Assembly: GCF_001194135.2 (NCBI RefSeq)
Contig: NC_068982.1
Span: 36,472,597-36,536,596, forward strand
Source: Octopus bimaculoides
Lineage: Eukaryota
Direction of reading: 5' to 3'
DNA: 64,000 nt
Shown here: in pieces, positions 37,583 to 50,616 of the stretch
Position numbering within the stretch: the stretch's first letter is position 1
Layout of the letters: every line of letters begins with the position of its first letter
Notes under the pieces: generated by a model
Told to the model about the DNA's origin: nothing
The model's database searches: none
What the model saw: the letters and a program-made list of their open reading frames with translations, nothing else
Program-made: the position numbers and the translations under genes

Positions 37583-37875
37583 TGTGATGTGTATTAAAGA
37601 ATGGAGTTATATATATACTCAGATGGAGTGTTGTGTATAGTAGAGAATAGAGTGAGGTGTATATAAGAGAACAGAATGATGTGTATATTAGAGAATAGAG
37701 TGATATGTATTGTAGAGAATGGAGTTATATGTATACTAGTGCATGGAATAATGTGTATATTAAAGAATGGAGTTAAGTGTATGCTAGTGGACGGAATGAT
37801 GTGTATATTAGGGAACAGAGTAATGTGTATACTGGTGGATAGAGTGATGTGTATGTTAGAAAATGGAGTGATGGA
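37583..37875. repeat. 24-bp minisatellite, about 12 copies
   Basis: Unit gtgatgtgtatattagagaatgga; translates as 8-aa repeats in an open frame. Confidence 0.9.
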
Positions 37876-40317
37876 GTGGTAATGGTGTATGGTGCTTGTT
37901 GTCACAAGATATGCCACAGTGCTGAATCTCCTCCTCTGGCATAAGTATTACTTGAAAATAAATAAAATCTCATAATGAATAATCATAAATTCATGAGTGC
38001 AAGATATTTCAAATTAGACTTAACTAATTCATTTGAAATTTCTATTAATTGATTTATTATTTATCTATTTATTTGATTTTTATCCTCTAGCTTCATGTGT
38101 TTTTACCACTTCAGTCCCATTTCCAATTCAAGCAAAACTGACCCATCAAATAAATATTGTTTCTCCTTTGTTTTATTCATTGTATTATGTGTATATTTTG
38201 ATTAATATACAGGAGTAAAGATTAACTAGCCTTAGTTGGTTTCTGTGTTGAATGAATGTTGTCAGCTCTTACCATTGGCACTGGCTGGTCTTCTACCCCA
38301 CCCTATTCCAAATACAGCTACTACTAGTACTATTTAGAATAATCCATTTAAGCTGTCCACTCTATATATTCTTTGTCTATACGCTTATAAAAGATGTGTT
38401 AAAGTATCACCAGTCTGCCAGAAATGTCATAATACCTTTTGTGTGCTTATTGACTTTGCTACTGACAAAATATTGAATTTCTATTACATTTCAACTCATG
38501 TGAGGTTACAGGAAAAGAGGAGAAATATATATATATGTGATAACATTTATTTCACCTAGAAAACAAGTCAGTGAAGTTAATGTTTACTCCAGCATAGTTG
38601 AATGGTTTGCTTCACAATCATGAGGTCTTAGTTTCAATTACACCATACAACATCTTGAGCAGCCTCTGATTACTTAAAAAAGAAAAAAAAAAAGAAAAAA
38701 AGGATAAATTGCCTTCCTGAGTCATATAGACTCATAAGGATGGTTTCCCAGTTTCTGTAGCATATATATACCCCCTTGATGGGATGGCAGTCCATCACAA
38801 GACTCCTCACTTTTACCAGCTGGGTGGACTGGAGTGACGTGAAATGAAGTGTTTTGCCCAAGAACACAATGTATTGCCCAGTCCAGGAATCAAAACCACA
38901 ATCTTATGATCATGATTTCAACACCCTAACCACACCTCCACTCTGATCACTTCTAGCCCTTCAAGTGAAATTGAGTAGACAGAAACAGCAGATAAGGACA
39001 CTGGATGGATTGTATCTGTAAATCAAATGTTCACTGTAAGTCAAGTGTTTAAGATTTAAATTTATTTCAATCTGTCTGATTTGTGTGAATAAAATATATA
39101 TTGCTTAATTAATTTTGAGAGGTCAAAAGGATAAATATGCAAATTAAGGTATCAGTGGTAAAATAAGTTCTGATGTCTTTATATAGAAGCTAAAAATTCT
39201 ATACTCTTAAGTGAGGAAGGAAACTGAGTACATCTCTGAGGACCAGTCAACAGTTAAATGGTCCATTAGGAGACTCCTTTCAACTTCTTCCTGCCCACCA
39301 AAGTATAGGATTTCTAACACACACACACATATGTATACATAGTTGTTTCTTGGTTTAAGTCGTACTCAGTCTGAATGGTTTCCTGTTAGTATAGTTTTGG
39401 TGGTGCTGCTTTAGTATGCAGTGTTCTGCAGTACATGATCTGATTAAGGTTAGGGTTAGAATGCATGCAAAAGTGTAAATGGCCATGTAGATCACAAGCT
39501 AAAATGGCACTGCTTTGGCTTTGTTCAGTTTTTCTTGTTGCACATATCATTTAGAAATGACTTTTCATCATTTCATCAGTTCTGTTTTGGTTTTTCTTAT
39601 TCTTTTATTTAACTCAGTTCATTTCAGCAATAGTGAGTTAGACTAACATGTTAAATTAGTACTTCAGTTAGATTTATATTTTTATATTTTGTGAAATATT
39701 TTTTGTGATTGAATAAAAGAGGTTTGAATGTCTAGCCCAAAAAATTGACAAGAAAGTTTACGTCTCAAGAAATGAAAATTGTAATATTAATCAAGTTTGG
39801 AATAGAAAAGTTTCACCAGAAACTCTGAAATAGTTTAGTATAAATGAAACAGCTGTAAGAACAATTAAAAGAAATGAATAAGAAAATTAGAGTTTACAAA
39901 ATTTATTTCAAGATCTTCAATAGGTTCAAAATACACATTATATGTACATAGTAGCATTATGAATTATAGAAACAATGGAAAAGCTGTTATTTTGGATAGA
40001 AAATAAATACCAAAGGCTTACCTACTGAGATCTTTGTGATGTGACAAAAAATAGTAAGAATTTTTAATCAAATCAGCATTATCAATCAAGCCATCTTATC
40101 AACTACAATTTGCGTTTCCAGACTGTAAGGAATAACTTCAGACAATAAGGAATAATTTTTTTGATGAAAGTTTCCTGTGTATAAAATTACATATCAAAAG
40201 TGAATCAAGCAGTTAGAAAACTGCTGAAAAATTTGTGCCTCAATTAGCTAAAATAACCGAAGAAAATTCCTATTCTTTGAAATAACTATTTAGTAAATAG
40301 CAATCTTTAGGTCCCAT

Positions 40318-40500
40318 TTAATGTGAATGTATTGTAAGAACACTGTAATACTGCGATATTCATCTTGAAAGAACATTCTTTATAGACGTTTTCATCTGCT
40401 GCTGATATTCCAGTGCTTTTAAACACTAAACATTATACGAAATGCTCTCTCGAGATGAATACCACTGTATTATAGCATTCTTACAATACATTCATGTTAA
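40318..40500. mobile_element. Hairpin MITE flanked by TTAA
   Basis: ~70-bp inverted arms (tgtgaatgtattgtaagaa... / ...ttcttacaatacattcatg), TTAA at both ends. Confidence 0.75.
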
Positions 40501-41182
40501 ATATGACATAAGGATTGCTGTTCAGTACTAATACCGCTTCCATCACTAATATCTAATGTTTACCAAGACTGCTTACTATTTGCAACACCAGTACCTAATT
40601 TGTCACTACTTTTGGCCAAATATAAGTTTGGCCAGCATATGGTGACAATGGTGATAGTAGATTCCTACTGCTGATGAAGCACAAACATGCAGATATCATG
40701 TGATCTAGCAGTTCCATCATTGGTGCTGGAAATTTTTGTCTGCCACTGAAATTTTTGTGCTTTTAAGCACTGAAGACTATGAGAGATGCTCTCTCATGTG
40801 TTGCTTATTTCCAGACACTTTTGTGTCTAATCATTTTCCTCATTCTCTTAAGAATTAAAGAACATCAAGAATAAAAAACTGAAGTAAATATTTTCACATT
40901 TACTTAATCTTGTATTCCTGCTCAATTGGTTTAAATTACGTATATGTCATTTACATTATTAAATTATGAAGTATATTAGTAACACAGAGTGTGTAACTTT
41001 AACACAGGGTATTAGATACTGGGCTGCTATAAAGTTACCAGTTTATAATCTAATTTTTTATGTGAAAGTTAACTTTTCAAAGGAATTATAGTAGTATTCT
41101 ATTAAGCTGAATATGTCTTCATTACAAACAATTAATACAATTAATAGCTATTTTGCAATCTGGACACTGCTGAGTGTTCTGC

Positions 41183-41184
<2 letters not shown>

Positions 41185-41253
<69 letters not shown>

Positions 41254-41420
41254 CACACACACACACATGCACACATGCACACACACATACACACATTCAC
41301 ATACATGCTTGCACACAAACACACATACATGCTTGCACACACATACACACAAGTACACACACACATACACACACATGCACACACACACATGCTTGTGCAC
41401 GCACAAGCACACACACACAC
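41185..41420. repeat. (CA)n and degenerate CA microsatellite
   Basis: Direct reading. Confidence 0.95.
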
Positions 41421-42059
41421 GTGCGGACACATATGCACCCCACCACATACATTGTGTATACAGTTTCAAAAAATTAACTCCGTAAACAGCTAATGTTACC
41501 TGCTGGTTTTGTAAATAATTAATCTTCCTTATAATGAAAGAATAATTAAATACTCATTAAACATCAGTCAGAAATGTATAGCTTGAGCTCTCTTGTTCTG
41601 GATTTTTCAAAAGAAAACATCCAACTGACTAATCACAGAGTTTTTAGTTACAGCAAAAAAAAAAGCAAGGAAATCTGTAAAGGTGGGTCTCGAACAAACT
41701 TAACATATTGCCCTGCATTTTTTTTCTATTTTTAGAGGGGCGTGTATTTTGAGTTATTTTAGGGGTAATTTCTCTACAACCAAAGATGCTACGACTTTTC
41801 CATTTGAACCTCCAGAGCAAAAGATCCCAAGCTTTACATTTTCATTTGGTCATGTCCATTGTGGGAAAGGTTAATTATTTAAGAAACTATCTGATAATTT
41901 TGGCTGTTTATGGAGCTAATTTTGTAATACACTATATATAAATAACACATGCTCTATTGTACATTTTTCTGACTTATAAAACCTCCTCGGACAATTATTG
42001 TGTCAAGTCAAATGTTTTGCAATATTTTATATCTTTGCTTTATTCATCAAGTTACAATA

Positions 42060-42500
42060 AAAATAGCTTTGCATTCAAAGTAGAGGTCATTGTGTTGCAC
42101 CGTTTGTAGCCACCTTTCTATCAGTTCTTAGAGCCCATGCTGAGACCTGTTCATGTCCTTCTAGGTGAAGAACTTCACTGAAGCTTCCACCTCCTTTTGG
42201 CTGATGGAGCAGCATAAGTGTAGGAAGTGAGCCATGGATTGGAACAACAACCTGAGGGAACTAGGTCTGGATTATATGCTGGGTGTGGCATCAGTCTGAT
42301 TCCCTCAAGTTTCTGAAATTTATTCCAGGTTGTCCAAGTGGTGTGAAGTCTTGCATTATCTTTACTGGAGAAGAGCTTGCTTGCTGTTAGATAATGTTGG
42401 GTATTTTTGCTATGCTATGGTGTACATCTGCTCCAGTCTATCAAACAATGAATAGCCCAAACATAGTTATAAGGAGTACTGGAAATGAATGACACTGAAT
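42060..42500 (-). pseudogene. mariner transposase C-terminal relic
   Basis: Minus frame DNARLHT...MPHPAYNPDLVPS, matching HDNARPH / HPPYSPDLAPSD. Confidence 0.8.
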
Positions 42501-43200
42501 GGGCCTTTTGTTTAATACTGGTTTCATTGTTGTTGATATTATTATTGTCATTCAGTCCCCAACTAGTCTTTATCAAGTAAACTACAGTTAAAAGGCCTTC
42601 TAACTGTGACCACTCCTCACCCCTTTTTTTTTATATCAGGACATGTTACATTGTCTAAAATATTCAACATTATTAAGGTGGTGAGTTGACAATCATTAGC
42701 ATGCCTGGCAAAATGCTTAACAGTTCTGAGTTCTGATTCAAATTCCACTGAGGTCGACTTTGCCTTTCATCTTTTCAGGGTTAATGAAATAAGAGGCAGT
42801 TGAACGCTGGGGTCGATGTAATTGACATGCCCCACCCCCCAAAATTTGTAATCAATATATCCAGCATTATTCGAACTAGTAAATTTTGATTTACAACACA
42901 CTCAAGAAGGTTTTGAAACAAGAAGTTTTTGTCAATAAGTCGTCAAAAACTCTCATGCCCCCTCTCTCTCTATTTCCATCACTCTATGTCTCTTTCTTTG
43001 TATGTATGCTTTCTTTTCGGTCTCTATTCCACTTGCAGTTATCCAAAGAAAGAAAGATTAAAGGCAGAAAAAAACAGAGTTTAATGTCATACAACTGTAC
43101 CACCACTTTCATCACTGTTACTCTCTTCTTTCTCTCCCTCTATCAAGATTTCTTTCTTCGTGTGTATCTCTCACTCTCTATATTTCTTCTACTTTTCCAG

Positions 43201-43257
<57 letters not shown>

Positions 43258-43582
43258 TTAAAGAGAGATGTTAGGAGGAAGAAAACGCTAATATCACCCT
43301 AATAAAAATTTTAATCTTTCTTTTACTGGCACCATCATCCATTTCTAGCTTTCTTTGTTTCTACATCTTCCCAATATTACTTTATTTCAACTTTAGATTA
43401 CTCTTCATTTCCTTTCTTGACAGACGGTAGGGTGTGGTTTAAAGGAGATCTGGCAGCTATTTCTCAGAATATATGAACTTCTCAGTGCACTGGCAAATAA
43501 TAAACAGTGTTGTGGGTGTTGTTTTGTAGTTTCTAATCACAAAGTGGACATACACACAGAAAACTCACATTTATACATAAAG

Positions 43583-43623
<41 letters not shown>

Positions 43624-43809
43624 TGTATGTATGTGCTATGTGTGTGCATATGCATGTGTATATGCCTGTATATGTGTAAGTAGGAAAGTGTCTTAACATA
43701 CACATACTGGTATACATATTTTATTATTCAAATGTCGTTGATAGCTTTGACAAAATATTCGATCAAATTCCTTGCTATTCATACATACAAAGACTCACAT
43801 ACACACACT

Positions 43810-43880
<71 letters not shown>

Positions 43881-44309
43881 TGTTTATACAGGCACATAAA
43901 CATACATACTTGCATATTTCAAGAAAGAAGTAATTAAAATTATCAAGTGATAATTGTAATTGCCTCAAAACTTTAATTAAAAATTGCTCACATGGCTTTT
44001 GTTTGATTTTAGTTATTTTGCTGTAAAATACATTTTATATATTTCAATGTAGAATATTTGTTGTTATGATGTATTGGTAGTTCACTAATCCCAACAACAA
44101 AATTTCAGTTTTTACCTAACATCAATATCAGCTTTTTCACATAGATATATTTCTTCTAAATTATCACTTTCATACTTAGCTAACCAATAATAGTCATCAC
44201 TAAAACAAATTGCAACTCATAAGGCATTATCTTGAGAATATTTTCTACTTTCACTGTTGTATCATGTCTTCTTTTCAGCACTTATATTCACATTTGTTTC
44301 TCCATGCTT

Positions 44310-44520
44310 TGATCCCTCCTCTATGATGTTTACCTGCAGATCAACTCTGATTAAGTAGACTTTCAAAGGCTTTCCAGTTATAAATTCTCACAATATCCAA
44401 AAGGACTGAACAACAATCTCTTGGGCATTGTATATCAAGGATTATAACATCTATTGTGTCTCTCCTTGTTCAAAACGGTAGGATTTGATTTGAAAAACTA
44501 AACCCTATCAGGTTTAGTAA
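44310..44520 (-). mobile_element. SINE family 4 fragment
   Basis: Shares the gttgtttagccc...gatcaaagg and caaatctccctcaaatc blocks with 5985-6060, 42545-42680, 43395-43460, 48040-48150, 51410-51600 and 51850-52000. Confidence 0.55.
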
Positions 44521-46429
44521 TCATTTGTAGTTGTTTCATTAACTTGATTATTTCCCTAGTTGCAACACTTTAGGTAACTAGATTTGTATCCTATATAGTT
44601 TATGTTTCTAGCATTCAGTGATCATAATATTTTTTTTTTTTGTGGTTGGTTCAATATTTCGTAAAGATAGAGAGCGTGTCAGTAAAAGACCGAAGATTTT
44701 CTTATATAAACCATTGAGATAGTACTTTTAACAGTTATTTTGTGTTAAAAATTGAGTTTTCTGGAGAAATGGAATTTTTTTTTTTGGTTTGGAATTTCAA
44801 ATTGATAAAGCTGAGATGATTTCATAAACCAAAAATAAAAATATATAATTAAATAGAAAAATTTTTGAAAATGGAAATAAATTTAAACTTGAATCATAAA
44901 TTCAATACAAAAACTGAAATTTTTGATTGATTGGAATTCTAGTGAGGTTTCTCTTTTTTGTTTTAAATTTGATTTAAGTCTAAACATAAGTAGTGTGAAA
45001 AGTAAAAAAAAAAAAAAAAAGACCATTGAACTGAAGTACTCATCTTTGCTTCTGAGTTAACTAACACTGAAAAAATGAAATTGCTTATACTACTTAATAT
45101 TCATTTCTGACATTTGTACAGGGTCACAAATTATAGGCAAGAGTATAGTTGAAAAAATTGACCCCAGTACTTGACACTGATACTTTATGTTATTGATTCC
45201 AAAGCATGAAAGCCAAAGTTGATCCCAATGGTATTTGAATTCTCAATGTAAAGAAACATTATCAAAACCACAAGGTGTTTTGTTCCGTGCTCTCTCAATT
45301 GTGCTAATGAACTACTCTCACCACTTTATAATTTCCTTATAATATTGATTTCTAATATAGGCACAAGACCTCAAATTTTGGGAAAGTGTATAGTCAACTG
45401 AACTGATATCAATATTTGATTAGTGAAAGGTGGCAAGCTGGCAGAATCATTAACATGCTGGGCAAAATGCTTAGCAGCATTTTATTTGTCTCTATGTTCT
45501 GAGTTCAAATTCTGTCAAGGTCAATTTTGCTTTTCATCCTTCCGGGGTTAATAAAACAAGTACCAGTTGAATACTGGGGTTGATGTAATCAACTTACACC
45601 ACTCCACCAAAATTGCTGGCCTTGTGCCAAACTTGAAACCAATATCTAATTACTGATCTTAAAGGCCTTGAAAAGACAAAGAAGTTGATGCTAATGGAAT
45701 TCGAACTTAGAATATTTAAGGACTGTAACAACATGTTTTGTTCATACCTTTAATGATTCTGCCAGTACATTGTTCTTCTGCACAAGAAGATAGTTAAACT
45801 ATGCTGAATCTGTTTGAAAAATTTCTTGTGAATTAACAGAATACATAACTATATTCATATAATATGTTTGTTTGGTCTGTTATTTAGTTGAGCCAATAAT
45901 ATTGATGCTCCCATGATTGCTCTCATGTTAATTCAATGACGATGGAAAGAGTTACTCTGGTATAAAGTTATACAAACTGCTTTACTGAAAAGATATAAGC
46001 ATTTACTTCATGTCAATATTTGAGGAAGTACAAAATGGTGAGCTGGCAGAACTGTTAGTGAACAGGAAAATGTTTAGCAGCATTTCGTCCATCTCTATGT
46101 TATGAATTCAAATTCTGCTGAGGTCGACTTTGCATTTCATCCTCTCAGGATCAATATAATAAAGTACAAGTTGAACACTAGTGTCAATGTAATCAACTTA
46201 GCCCCTCCCCTGAAATTGCTGGCCTTGTGGCAAAATTTGAAACCAATATTTGGGTAAATATTGTGAGATGGATAAAGAAATGGATGGGTTGGTGATGTCA
46301 AGGATGAGTTTTCTAAGATTTTTTTTGTGGTGTACATAGAATAGTTCTGCATGAAGCTACATTAGTTTGAATGAAAGACGATAATAATGACATCTAGAAC
46401 CAATTGAAGACCGTTACAGATTCAAGATC

Positions 46430-46690
46430 ACTATGAATACAAAGAGTATAAGCATTCTCTCCAACTGTCATTCTCCTACAAGTGTATTTTCAGACCAGTT
46501 CCATCTACTCTTGCTATTTTTGCTACTTTCATCCACCTTTCAATAAACTTGCTTGAAGAAAGTGTGTTCTCCAACCTTTCAGTATTGTTCACCATATGAC
46601 TTCTTTTATCAGCTACTACACAGTGGAAAACTGCCTTCCCTCTCCAGTTAAATGAGGACAGTGGGGTAATTAATGCAATGGACTCAACTA
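46430..46690 (-). mobile_element. L1/Tx1-like LINE 3' relic
   Basis: Minus frame GKAVFHCVVA...TLSSSKFIERWMKVAKIARVDGTGLKIHL*; similar to 1970-2130. Confidence 0.4.
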
Positions 46691-46738
46691 ACAGATATGA
46701 CAGCAGCTGTTCGACATAACTCCATAAGTCCGCAATAA

Positions 46739-46800
<62 letters not shown>

Positions 46801-48553
46801 TTTAATAATCATGATGATCTAATCCACAAAAAACAAAAAACTAAGGTTTATAAGAAAAAGTTTTAAGTGGGTCTTGCAAAAGTCACTAATATATATATAT
46901 ATATATATTCATATATGTATTCATATAATCTGGTTAAGATGTTTTTCATATATATATATCATTTTATATAGTTAATTTTTGGATGAAAATGATTCATCAA
47001 AAGAGAAAAGAATAGCAGAAATTCAAATATGATCTTTTAACTAAAAGCTGAAAGTTAATTTTAGCTGACTGTTAGTTTAATTTGTAACTGAGCCATACAT
47101 TCTGGCATTCGTTGTCTAGTCAAGATAGGAGAAGCTGTTTATGTTGTATGTATTTTCAAACAATAATTATATACAAACCTCAACTTTACAGTAGATATTC
47201 ATCACAGAAGCAAATTCTATTACGTATAATGCAAAATTACAAATGTGCACATTCCTTGTCAGAATGCATCATTGAGCTTAAATTCTGTAATACAACTTGG
47301 TTGGTACTGGCATTGCTAAGAACTTATCATGGAGTAAATATAAAATGAGAATCAAACCATTAAAGAGAAAGGCCAAACAAAAGAACCCTGTAATGTAAAC
47401 ATTTATCTGATTCAGTATTAAATTCTTACTTTTGTATTAAATCCTCTCCATTAACGTTGTTTCTAACAATTAAATTAATTTCCGTTTCAATTTATTTGGA
47501 CATTGGTTAGATAAACAATCATTTTAGCAACAATAACCTGATCTCAGTATGGCTGGAAAGTATTAAATGCACCAACAGAGGCAGCATAAGGTGCTTCTCT
47601 TATGAGTAATAAAAGTCAGAATGTAAGGAGGAAAACTGAAATACTGCCCAGAGTCCAAATTCATGTGTTGAAAAATAAATGTAGAACTGATATTATAAGA
47701 TGGCTAAGGGCAATGGTAATAATAATAATGGTGATGAAGGTGATGGCTGTGGTAGTGGCTGCAGCAGCAGTGACAGTCAAAGTAGTGGAGGTAGTGGTGA
47801 GCTGGCAGAAATGTTAGCACGCTGGGCAAAATGCTTAGTGGTATTTCATTTGTCTTTATGTTCTGAGTTCAAATTCTGCCAACGTCAACATTGTCTTTCA
47901 TCCTTTCAGGGGTCGATAAATTAAATGCCAGTTGCGTACTAGGGTTGATCTAATCAACTAGCGCCCTCCCCCAAAGTTTTGGGCCTTGTGCCTTGAGTAG
48001 AACAGAATATCAGCAATAACAATGAGTGTTGTTGTTTAGTCCCAAGTCAGCACTCATTGAGCATATCAATTATCAGATATGTTCCAGCCACGTTCCCACT
48101 CTCTATCTTCAGTATGTCTAGGACAATAGTATCCTATATGTACAATAGAAATGACAAGTTATTATTACCAGCAGGTAAAGAAAAAAATTTGAAAATTTTT
48201 GAGGTAGAACGTTCAAGAAATTGAGAAATAAATGCATAAGATTATGGAACCATTCACATAGAAATCAATCTACTACTGATGCCATTAAGACTAGCGATGT
48301 ATGCCAATCATATTGTCATCACTGGTTATTTAAAATAACAACTGAGAAGCTGCTGATTACTGGTAATTCTGACATTACATTGAATATACTTTTCAGTGAG
48401 CTACAGGTACATCAAAGTTTCAAATGTGATTTGAAACAGTCTCACTTCATTTATATCACTAATGCACTTACAAAATATTTGAATATACATGTTATTTTTT
48501 GAGCAAATCTTGTAGCTATTGTAATTTATGAATAGTTAAATGAATAGATGAAT

Positions 48554-48591
<38 letters not shown>

Positions 48592-48790
48592 ATGTATGTA
48601 TATATTGATATGTAATTGTAAGATCCAAGGATCTAAGTGTAGGAGGCTTGTAAGCTTCAAGCAGTCCATGGTAGGTAATAATTTATCAACATTGAAGGTT
48701 GTAGGCTTTTCCCATACTGAAGTTTGTTACGATGAAAAAATTTATCTATAGCTCATGATCAGTAACTGGAGTTGCAATGAATGTGAATAA

Positions 48791-49026
48791 AAATCTAAAT
48801 TGAGTGAGTGGAACAGGTAAAATCCAGGCTACACATGTTTCCTACCTAGCAGATCCTCTGATGTAATAATTACTCAATGAGGGGTAGGGATTTCCAAGCA
48901 AGAATGTAACCTTCATATAACTGATGAGTAGCTGAGTACTCCTTGTTGAGTAATTACTACATCAGAGGATCTGTTAGCTTGGAAACATGTAGCCTGGATT
49001 TTATCTGTTCCCATCCCTCAATTTGG

Positions 49027-49030
<4 letters not shown>
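48791..49030. mobile_element. Hairpin MITE with ~90-bp TIRs
   Basis: tggaacaggtaaaatccaggctac...cagatcctctgatgtaataattactcaa matches the rc of 48941-49030; spacer about 58 bp. Confidence 0.85.
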
Positions 49031-49084
<54 letters not shown>

Positions 49085-49156
49085 NNNNNNNNNNNNNNNN
49101 NNNNNNNNNNNNNNNNNNNNNNNNNNNNNNNNNNNNNNNNNNNNNNNNNNNNNNNN

Positions 49157-49204
<48 letters not shown>

Positions 49205-50524
49205 GTGTGTGTGTATGAAACAAAATAATTAATTTGATATTGACTTCGTTATTTCATCCCTGTGCAAAGTAAATATCTAACTTAACAGTTTTTATACATT
49301 TAACATCCAAAATAAAAGTTGAAGAATTTGCTAAGAAACCTCGTCTATCAATTTCTGTTTTTTGTTTATTTATTTATTTTATTTTATTTAGTAACCACCT
49401 TCCTTGACATACCATATACTCATTGGAGGAAGGCAATAAGAGAATTAAACTAAAAAGTTTTCAATAACCATGAAAATTCTTTAAAACTCTAAACTAGAGT
49501 ATTATGTGAGAATATGTTTTAATATAGCTATTTATTTCCCATATGTCACTAAATCTACTTCAGGTTTACAGTAGCAAACAATCAATATAGAAAATAAATA
49601 AATAAGAAAATTTTAAAAATTTGATGTTAAACATTCGTGATACTTTTCAGTAAAACTTGAATAGAAAGGAGTTCTGTTAAAAAAGGGTAAAAAATAGAAA
49701 AAAATGTAAAAATGCAGTCCAAGTTAATCTGATTTCAGATAAAATCAGGAAAGAAGAAATTTCAAGAGAGATCAAAAACACGTATAAAGTTGAATGCTAA
49801 TTGAATTTACAGCTTGAAGATATGCATTGGTTTTGTTATTGTTAAAATAAATTAATCTCTTATTTGGATAAAATTTAATGAAATATTTAATTTTAACCAA
49901 TATGGAGAAAATAGAAAAAATATGTTTCATGATGCTTATTTAACCCATAGTGAAGTATTGGTGAGAACAAAATAGAGAAAAACACAAGGAATCAATATAC
50001 AAAACGTCTTTACTCAATGTCATTAATTAATCATAGAAAAAATATATTGAAGATAAAAAAAAAGCTATGTTCCAAGTTTCACAATACTACCATCATCATC
50101 GATACTGAAAACAATATTATTGGTGTGGTATCACCAAACTATAGGAATATAAGATTACATATTTTGTTCTATTTTATTTCCAGCCAACATGCAAGTTGAC
50201 TTTACTCAAAAGTGAATAAGATTTCATGAAAATACTACCTGAAAATAGAAAAATTCAAATAAGATTTATGCAATTAAGATGTAGAAATTATTATTATTAT
50301 TATTATTATTATTGTTCAGTAGTTTTATTTTTATAACGTGCTTTCACTTCACTACCGAGCGCAGCTCTGTGCGCCTTGGGTATGTGCTGTGGTTTGCTGT
50401 GGTGCTTTTATGTTTACTGTATTGAAAGTGTTTTGCGTAGAATGTGTGCAGTACCCAGTAGTGCAATTTTCTGTATGTTACATATATTTGTAAGTCCTGG
50501 TATTTTTGTTATGTATTTGTCTGA

Positions 50525-50536
50525 GTATTATTATTA

Positions 50537-50615
<79 letters not shown>
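50525..50615. repeat. (ATT)n microsatellite
   Basis: Direct reading. Similar (AAT)n runs at 30715-30770 and 46735-46808. Confidence 0.95.

Positions 50616-50616
<1 letters not shown>

Noticed and set aside
39237-39580. Other CTGANGA hits (16121, 18094, 39237, 39573 minus, 40671, 40770, 48922, 50778 minus, 60387)
   Set aside because: They lack GAAA at the right place or lack stems I to III. 40770 has an 8-bp hairpin but no GAAA.
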